This document shows positions 58,451 to 64,000 of a stretch of 64,000 nt of DNA, one piece after another. The notes below the pieces were generated by a model. It was not told where the DNA came from, searched no databases, and saw only the letters and a list, made by a program, of their open reading frames with translations. The position numbers and the translations under genes were made by a program. Each line of letters opens with the position of its first letter. Position 1 is the first letter of the stretch. Origin of the DNA: Vicinamibacterales bacterium (GTDB lineage Bacteria; Acidobacteriota; Vicinamibacteria; Vicinamibacterales; CAZQMT01); assembly GCA_965197935.1 (NCBI GenBank), contig CBDAOD010000002.1:1218849-1282848 (forward strand), in the 5' to 3' direction.

Positions 58451-59307
58451 CGATTCGGATCGGTGTCATCGGGGGCAGTGGCCTCTACGACATGGCCGGG
58501 CTGACCGACCTCGAGGAGGTCAGCGTGGAGACGCCCTTCGGCGAGCCGTCTGCGCCCTATGTCACGGGAACCCTCCGCGGTCGTCGGGTGGCGTTTCTCG
58601 CCAGGCACGGACCCGGTCACCGGCTCCTGCCCTCGGAGCTGAATTTCCGGGCCAACATCTTCGGCTTCAAGACCCTGGGAGTCGAGTGGATTCTGTCGGC
58701 CAGCGCCGTCGGGAGCCTACAGGAGCGGTACCCGCCGCTCGACATCGTGATCCCCGATCAATTTTTCGACCGCACGAAGGATCGAATCAGCACGTTCTTC
58801 GGGCGCGGTCTGGCGGCCCACGTCGCCTTCGCGCATCCGATCTGCGCCACCTTGAGCGGGCTGATGCTCGCGTCGGCGCGAGCCGTGGGCGCCACCGTGC
58901 ACCCCGGCGGGACCTACGTGTGCATGGAAGGGCCACAGTTCTCCACGCTCGCCGAGTCCCGCTTGTATCGCGCCTGGGGCATGGACGTGATCGGCATGAC
59001 CAACCTGCAGGAGGCCAAGCTGGCCCGCGAGGCCGAGATCTGCTACGTCACCCTTGCGTTGGTCACCGACTTCGATTGCTGGCACGAGGAGCACGACAAG
59101 GTCACCGTCGAGATGGTGATCGCCAACCTGGTGCACAACGCCGAGACGGCCCAGCGGGTGATCGCCGATGCGGTCTCCCGGCTCCCCGTCGACCGCGCGT
59201 GCGAGTGCGCCTCGGCGCTCGCCTCGGCCATCATCACGCGCCCGGAGGCGATTCCGGAGCAGGTTCGACGGGAGCTGGCGCCGATCGTCGGCAAATACGT
59301 GACGTGA
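58447..59307 (+). CDS. mtnP: S-methyl-5'-thioadenosine phosphorylase
   Basis: IGVIGGSGLYDM...FLARHG.GH...PSELNFRANI...GMTNLQEAKLAREAEICY. Confidence 0.88.
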   Translation: MTIRIGVIGGSGLYDMAGLTDLEEVSVETPFGEPSAPYVTGTLRGRRVAFLARHGPGHRLLPSELNFRANIFGFKTLGVEWILSASAVGSLQERYPPLDIVIPDQFFDRTKDRISTFFGRGLAAHVAFAHPICATLSGLMLASARAVGATVHPGGTYVCMEGPQFSTLAESRLYRAWGMDVIGMTNLQEAKLAREAEICYVTLALVTDFDCWHEEHDKVTVEMVIANLVHNAETAQRVIADAVSRLPVDRACECASALASAIITRPEAIPEQVRRELAPIVGKYVT

Positions 59308-59359
59308 CGGGCGAGCGGTGGTGGCCGCCGTCGTGTCCGCGACTTCAGGGGACGAGCTG

Positions 59360-60274
59360 ATGCATCCGATCTTGGCGGTGGGGTCCGTGGCGTTCGACTC
59401 GATCAAGACGCCCTTCGGCGAGGCGTCTCGGGTGGTGGGTGGAGCGGCGACCTATTTCAGCGTGGCGGCCTCCTTCTTCACCGACGTCCGGATGGTGGCG
59501 GTCGTGGGTGAGGACTTCGGCGACGAGCAGCGACGCGTGTTCGGCGGCCGACGGATCGACCTGGCCGGGCTACAGACCGTGCCGGGGCATACGTTCCGGT
59601 GGAAAGGGGAGTACAGCTACGACCTCAACGCTCGCGAGACGATCTACACCCACCTCAACGTATTCGAGAAGTTCCGGCCGGCGATCCCGGCCGAGTACCG
59701 TGCCACGCCCTATGTCTTTTTGGGCAACATCCACCCCGTGCTCCAGGCCGAGGTCCTCGACCAGGTCTCCAGCCCGACGCTGGTGGCTGCGGACTCGATG
59801 AACTACTGGATCGAACGGACGCCCGACGAGCTGCGCGACGTGCTTGCGCGGGTGGACGTGCTGATCATCAACGACGCCGAGGCCAGGCAGCTCAGCGGGG
59901 AGCCGAACCTGGTCAAGGCCTCTCGAGTCATCCAGGACATGGGGCCCGGGCGGCTCGTCATCAAACGGGGAGAGTACGGCGTCCTGATGACACGCGAGAA
60001 CGGATTCTTCGCCGCGCCCGCCATGCCGCTCGAAGCGGTCTTCGACCCGACCGGGGCCGGCGACACGTTCGCCGGCGGCTTCATGGGCTACCTGGCCTCG
60101 CGCGGTGAGATCTCCGACGAGGTCCTGACGCAGGCGATCATTTACGGCAGCACGATGGCGTCGTTCGCGGTGGAGGACTTCAGCCTCGATCGCCTTCTCA
60201 GGTTGACTCCGCAGGAGGTCCGGTCCCGGTTTCGTGAGTTCAAGTGGCTGACCCACTTCGAAGACCATGCCTAG
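59360..60274 (+). CDS. PfkB family carbohydrate/nucleoside kinase
   Basis: MHPILAVGSVAFDSIKTPFG... and DPTGAGDTFAGGFMGYL (PfkB signature 2). An alternative GTG start is at 59318. Confidence 0.8.
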   Translation: MHPILAVGSVAFDSIKTPFGEASRVVGGAATYFSVAASFFTDVRMVAVVGEDFGDEQRRVFGGRRIDLAGLQTVPGHTFRWKGEYSYDLNARETIYTHLNVFEKFRPAIPAEYRATPYVFLGNIHPVLQAEVLDQVSSPTLVAADSMNYWIERTPDELRDVLARVDVLIINDAEARQLSGEPNLVKASRVIQDMGPGRLVIKRGEYGVLMTRENGFFAAPAMPLEAVFDPTGAGDTFAGGFMGYLASRGEISDEVLTQAIIYGSTMASFAVEDFSLDRLLRLTPQEVRSRFREFKWLTHFEDHA

Positions 60275-60875
60275 CGGCCGGGCACGGACGTTCTCCGTCA
60301 CCCCACGCCTTGCCGCGGGAGCCGCCGCGCATGGCAGGGTGCGAGGGGCGAGAACGGGCGCGTGGCTGGCGCTGCTGCTCGCGACCGTCCTGTGGACGGC
60401 GTCGCTCATCGCGGCCCCGTATCTGGCCGCCCATCCTGACGCCGCCGGCCTGGGCGTGAGGGCGGCGGCGATGGTCTATGTCCTCGCGGGCGCCGTCTGT
60501 CATCAGCGTCCCGACCGATCGTTTCACGCGTGGGGCGTGCAGCTGCCGGTTTGCGCCCGTTGCTTTGGGCTCTACCTAACGGTGCCCCTCGGCCTGCTGA
60601 TGGGGGGAGTGAGCGCCGGCTGGCCGTGGCGTCGCCTCCGTCGACGACCCCTAGCAGCCCGTGGTGACAATTCTGCATCGCACCAAGGGCGGCTCGGCGC
60701 CCGGCTGCCCGCCGCGCTCCTGCTCTTCTCGGCCGTCCCGACGGCCCTCACGGTGGCCGCGGAGTGGTCCGGGCTGGGCCAGCCGACCGACGTGACACGG
60801 GCCGCGGCGGCGGTGCCGCTGAGCGCGGCGGTGGGCTGGGTCGTTGCCGCCACGATCCGCGGACACCTGAGGTAG
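60267..60875 (+). CDS. DUF2085-like membrane protein containing an in-frame MITE arm fragment
   Basis: CHQRPDRSFHAWGVQLPVCARCFGLYL is the DUF2085 signature. The loop codons PLAARGDNSASHQGRLGARL are encoded by the family A arm fragment at 60651-60707. Confidence 0.7.
   Translation: MPSGRARTFSVTPRLAAGAAAHGRVRGARTGAWLALLLATVLWTASLIAAPYLAAHPDAAGLGVRAAAMVYVLAGAVCHQRPDRSFHAWGVQLPVCARCFGLYLTVPLGLLMGGVSAGWPWRRLRRRPLAARGDNSASHQGRLGARLPAALLLFSAVPTALTVAAEWSGLGQPTDVTRAAAAVPLSAAVGWVVAATIRGHLR
60651..60707 (+). mobile_element. Family A left-arm fragment (57 bp) embedded in a coding sequence
   Basis: CTAGCAGCCCGTGGTGACAATTCTGCATCGCACCAAGGGCGGCTCGGCGCCCGGCTG, compared with A3 CTAGCAGCCCGTGGTGAAAGTCCTGCGTCGCACAAAGGGCGGCGCTGCGCCCGGCTG. 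Confidence 0.6.
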
Positions 60876-60930
60876 ACTGAGCGAACCCTCGCGCGGCACA
60901 GGTGACACCGCCCAGCCGAAACCCGGGTCC

Positions 60931-61299
60931 ATGGAAAGAGGAACTCTGGTCCTAATGTGTGTGACGGCCTGGGCCGTGCCCGGCGCCGGACATCTCTGGC
61001 TGCGGCGTCGCCAGAAGGGCGTGATCTTCCTCGTGACGCTCCCCTTCATGTTCACGATTGGGCTCCTGCTCGACGGCCGGTTGTTCCCCTTCGTGCCATC
61101 GCAGCCACTCGTGGCGCTGGCCGCGGTCGCCAACCTCGGCATCGGCCTGACCTACTTCATCGCGCGGGCGGCCGGAGCGGGCGCCGGGGTCGTGACCGAG
61201 GTCGCCTACGAGTACGGCAACACCTTCCTCATCGTGGCCGGGCTGCTCAACCTGCTCGTGATCCTGGACGCCTTCGACGTCGCGCTGGGACGAAAGTAG
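60931..61299 (+). CDS. Hypothetical membrane protein
   Basis: 122-aa ORF with three hydrophobic segments (GVIFLVTLPFMFTIGLLL, LVALAAVANLGIGLTYFIA, FLIVAGLLNLLVIL). Confidence 0.5.
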   Translation: MERGTLVLMCVTAWAVPGAGHLWLRRRQKGVIFLVTLPFMFTIGLLLDGRLFPFVPSQPLVALAAVANLGIGLTYFIARAAGAGAGVVTEVAYEYGNTFLIVAGLLNLLVILDAFDVALGRK

Positions 61300-61307
61300 G
61301 CCGGGTC

Positions 61308-61481
61308 ATGGTGAGCCATTTCCTGCTGCTGGCGCTGTTCTCGTTCTTCGTCTCGCTCATCTTCGCCGTGCTCACCCGCGACGATCCGGGTGACCAGCTA
61401 CGATTCGGCGCGCTCATGTTCGCGGGGCTGACGGGCAGCGCGATCGTCCTCGGCTGGCTGATGTTTCCCCTTCCACTCTAG
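61308..61481 (+). CDS. Hypothetical small membrane protein (57 aa)
   Basis: ATG at 61308. MVSHFLLLALFSFFVSLIFAVLTRDDPGDQLRFGALMFAGLTGSAIVLGWLMFPLPL. The TAG stop lies in the terminal CTAG of element E. Confidence 0.4.
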   Translation: MVSHFLLLALFSFFVSLIFAVLTRDDPGDQLRFGALMFAGLTGSAIVLGWLMFPLPL

Positions 61482-61636
61482 TGTCCTGTCACAGTAATTC
61501 GTGGAGTAAGTCCCGCCATCCCGCCTGGCAGCGTTGCTCGTCGCTCGAATACTCCCGGTATGCTCACTCCTCGCGCCTGGCCAGCCGGGCGCCGCGCACG
61601 GGACTTACTCTACGAATTACTGTGACAGGACACTAC
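61478..61636 (-). mobile_element. Core-bearing hairpin MITE, family E
   Basis: CTAGTGTCCTGTCACAGTAATTCGTGGAGTAAGTCCCG ... CGGGACTTACTCTACGAATTACTGTGACAGGACACTAC (right CTAG mutated to CTAC). Tip AATACTCCCGGTAT at 61548-61561. Confidence 0.8.
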
Positions 61637-61641
61637 GACCC

Positions 61642-62094
61642 GTGGTGAGAGTCCCGCCGCCGCCGGCCGACCTCGCATCCCGGCATACGCCGACCGGGCC
61701 GACCCGCGACTGGCTGCGGTTGTGGGGCCCGGTCGCGGCCCTGATGGCGGCGATCTTCATCGTGTCGTCCATGTCTGAGCCGCCCGCGCCCGACAGCGTC
61801 GGCGACAAGAACCTCCATGCGATCGTCTACGGGCTCCTGTCCGGGCTCGCGTTGCGGGCGTTCGCCGGTGGCCGATGGCGCGGAGTGACGCGGGCCACGG
61901 TCGGACTCGCCGTGACGCTCGCGACGTTGTACGGCGTTTCCGACGAGCTACACCAGCGCCTGGTGCCGGCGCGGTCGGCCGAGGTATGGGACGTCGTCGC
62001 GGACGCGCTCGGCGCGACGGTGGCGGCTTTGGCCGCGTGGGGCTGGAGTATAATCAGGACACCTCGCGGCGGCGCGCGACAGCTGCAGGAGTGA
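61642..62094 (+). CDS. VanZ-like family membrane protein
   Basis: GTG GTG at 61642/61645. WLRLWGPVAALMAAIFIVSS...DKNLHAIVYGLLSGL...YGVSDELHQRLVPARSAEVWDVVADALGA is VanZ-like. The part of ORF 61534.. that lies inside element E is unlikely to be coding. Confidence 0.65.
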   Translation: MVRVPPPPADLASRHTPTGPTRDWLRLWGPVAALMAAIFIVSSMSEPPAPDSVGDKNLHAIVYGLLSGLALRAFAGGRWRGVTRATVGLAVTLATLYGVSDELHQRLVPARSAEVWDVVADALGATVAALAAWGWSIIRTPRGGARQLQE

Positions 62095-62223
62095 ACCCGG
62101 CTCGGAGAGGGCTCGGTGTACGGCCCCGCGGTCCCCGCTCGGCGGCCCTCGGCATGCCGCTGGTCCCGCCCGCCGTTTCCCGCTCGCTGCAGGTCGCCAT
62201 GAGACTGAGACAGGCCATCGGCC

Positions 62224-63012
62224 ATGCCCGAGACGACTGAGGAGCTGCTCGTCGAGCGCGAGGCGGCCCTCGCGGTCGTGACCATTAATCGTCCCAAGGT
62301 TCTCAACGCGCTCGACGTGCGGACTCTCGAGGCGCTGGGTCGCACGATCGGGGAGCTGGGGCGTGACGACGCGGTGCGCGCCGTCATCGTGACCGGTGCC
62401 GGAGACCGTGCGTTCGTCGCCGGCGCCGACATCACGGAGCTGGCCGAGCTCTCGCCCACCGCAGGGCGTATCTACGCCGCCCGCGGGCAGGCCGTGCTGC
62501 AGGGCATCGAGCAGATGGGCAAGCCGGTCGTCGCGGCCATCAACGGGTTTGCGTTGGGTGGGGGGTGCGAGCTCGCGATGGCGTGCACGCTGCGTCTGGC
62601 CGCCGACTCGGCGGTACTGGGTCTCCCCGAGGTGAAGCTCGGCGTCCTTCCGGGTTACGCCGGCACCCAGCGTCTGACTCGTCTCGTCGGGCAGGGCCGC
62701 GCGCTGGAGCTGATCCTGCGAGGCCGACACGTCGGCGCCGAGGAGGCCCGCGAGATCGGGCTGGTCAACCGAGTGGTGCCGCGCGCCGAGCTGATGTCCG
62801 AGGCTCGCGCGCTGGGCACCGAGCTCGCTGCCGGCGCGCCGCTGGCCCTGCGCTACGCGATCGAGGCCGTCACGCGCGGTCCCGCGCTGGCGTTCGCGGA
62901 GGCCTGCGCGCACGAGGCGGCGCTCTTCGGCCTCGCCATGGCGAGTGAGGACATGCGAGAGGGAACGCGGGCGTTCCTGGACAAGCGCTCGCCGTCGTTT
63001 CAGGGGAAGTAG
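62224..63012 (+). CDS. Enoyl-CoA hydratase/isomerase (crotonase) family protein
   Basis: VVTINRPKVLNAL ... VTGAGDRAFVAGADI ... INGFALGGGCELAMAC. Confidence 0.9.
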   Translation: MPETTEELLVEREAALAVVTINRPKVLNALDVRTLEALGRTIGELGRDDAVRAVIVTGAGDRAFVAGADITELAELSPTAGRIYAARGQAVLQGIEQMGKPVVAAINGFALGGGCELAMACTLRLAADSAVLGLPEVKLGVLPGYAGTQRLTRLVGQGRALELILRGRHVGAEEAREIGLVNRVVPRAELMSEARALGTELAAGAPLALRYAIEAVTRGPALAFAEACAHEAALFGLAMASEDMREGTRAFLDKRSPSFQGK

Positions 63013-63016
63013 CGGG

Positions 63017-63508
63017 ATGCGGACGATCCAGGGCGGACGAGATGCGCGGGGCCTGCGGTTCGCCCTGGTCGTCTCGCGGTTCAACGACTTCGTGACCGAC
63101 CGTCTTCAGGCCGGCGCCATCGAGGCGCTCACCACCGTCGGAGCCTTGCCCGATTCGGTCACCGTCGTGGCGGTGCCGGGGTCGTTCGAGATTCCGCTGG
63201 CCGCGAGACGCGCGGCCGAGACCAGTCGCTTCGATGCCGTCATCTGCCTCGGATGTTTGATTCGCGGGGCCACCGCGCACTTCGAGTACATCGCCTCCGC
63301 CGTCTCGCAGGGGATCAGCGAGGCGGCCGCCACGACGCGGGTGCCGATGACCTTCGGGGTGCTCACAACCAACTCGGTCGAGGAGGCGCTCGAGCGAGCA
63401 GGGTCGGGCCCGGCGAACAAGGGGTGGGAAGCGGCGATGGCCGCTGTGGAGATGGCGACGTTGCTGAGGGATCTCGCGCGGCCCGACACGAACGGGATCC
63501 GGGTGTGA
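63017..63508 (+). CDS. ribH: 6,7-dimethyl-8-ribityllumazine synthase
   Basis: ATG at 63017. RFALVVSRFNDFVTDRLQAGA...VPGSFEIPLAA...VICLGCLIRGATAHFEYI. Confidence 0.92.
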   Translation: MRTIQGGRDARGLRFALVVSRFNDFVTDRLQAGAIEALTTVGALPDSVTVVAVPGSFEIPLAARRAAETSRFDAVICLGCLIRGATAHFEYIASAVSQGISEAAATTRVPMTFGVLTTNSVEEALERAGSGPANKGWEAAMAAVEMATLLRDLARPDTNGIRV

Positions 63509-63963
63509 TGCCGGGCGCGGGGCTCACGGCGCCCAACGGTCGCAGCCGGGGCCGACAGCTGGCGTTGCAGATGCTCTATCAGTGGGAGGTCGGGCGCGAG
63601 CATCCCGAGCAGGTGGAGCGTACCTTCTGGGAACTCCCCGAGGCCGGCACATCGGAGCCGCGCCGACGCTTCGCGGTCGAGCTGCTGCGCGGGACCGTCG
63701 GCGCGCTGGATCGGGTCGACCCGCTGATTGCCGCGACCGCCGAGCACTGGCGTCTGTCGCGCATGGCGGTCGTCGATCGGCTCATCATGCGACTCGCCGT
63801 CCACGAGATGCTGGATCGGCCGGAGACGCCCCGGTCGGTCGTCATCAACGAGGCACTCGAGCTCGCCCGAACCTACAGCACCGAGGAGGCGGTGGCATTC
63901 ATCAACGGCGTTCTCGACGGTGTCAAGCGGCGAGTCGAGGAGGCCGCCGCCTCGACCGCCTGA
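63508..63963 (+). CDS. nusB: Transcription antitermination factor NusB
   Basis: ATG at 63508 overlaps the ribH TGA. RQLALQMLYQWEV...DRLIMRLAVHEML...INEALELARTYSTEEAVAFINGVLD. Confidence 0.9.
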   Translation: MPGAGLTAPNGRSRGRQLALQMLYQWEVGREHPEQVERTFWELPEAGTSEPRRRFAVELLRGTVGALDRVDPLIAATAEHWRLSRMAVVDRLIMRLAVHEMLDRPETPRSVVINEALELARTYSTEEAVAFINGVLDGVKRRVEEAAASTA

Positions 63964-64000
63964 CCCGGCACTTCCTTCGCTGACGCCATGGCCAACGCCT

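Overview
GC-rich, densely coding chromosomal segment. The gene content, including a VWFA protein of the kind typical for Acidobacteria, suggests an Acidobacteriota-like bacterium; this is inference only. I can support about 60 protein genes, and almost all are core functions. They include efp, uvrC, trpS, scpAB, cmk, rpsA, valS, nadC, birA, coaX, argS, lnt, prfB (with its programmed +1 frameshift), PBP1A, dnaK-dnaJ-hspR and ribH-nusB. There are also two glutamate dehydrogenases, a methylmalonyl-CoA mutase/MeaB/epimerase set and several acyl-CoA dehydrogenase/hydratase genes. I saw no rRNA, tRNA, CRISPR array, transposase, integrase or recognisable defence genes.

The unusual content is in the non-coding DNA. 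About 17 full or partial copies of CTAG-bounded long-hairpin MITE-like elements (125-250 bp) are present, roughly 2.5 kb or about 4% of the window by my hand-derived coordinates.
(1) Nine full copies belong to four families (A, B, C, E). Their outer palindromic arms are unrelated, yet all carry the same ~85-nt asymmetric core with an invariant tip, AATAC-CGGGA-GTATT. This is the opposite of normal MITE architecture.
(2) A second group (D, F) shares CTAG-YACTAC-KTTGTYAG-ATC termini and lacks the core.
(3) Element ends coincide with the TAG stop codon of ten genes.
(4) Three convergent intergenic regions consist entirely of element modules.
(5) One element is nested in another at a CTAG created by a single point mutation.
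(6) One arm fragment is read in frame inside a membrane-protein gene.

Secondary observations:
- a receiver/PEP-binding ATP-grasp protein lies between the two GDH genes;
- MeaB and methylmalonyl-CoA epimerase form one in-frame ORF;
- DnaJ has HPK in place of the HPD motif;
- there is a tandem pair of secreted paralogues;
- two apparent gene relics or frameshifts are present.

All coordinates were derived by hand from the sequence, so element ends may be off by a few nt. No database search or folding program was run.
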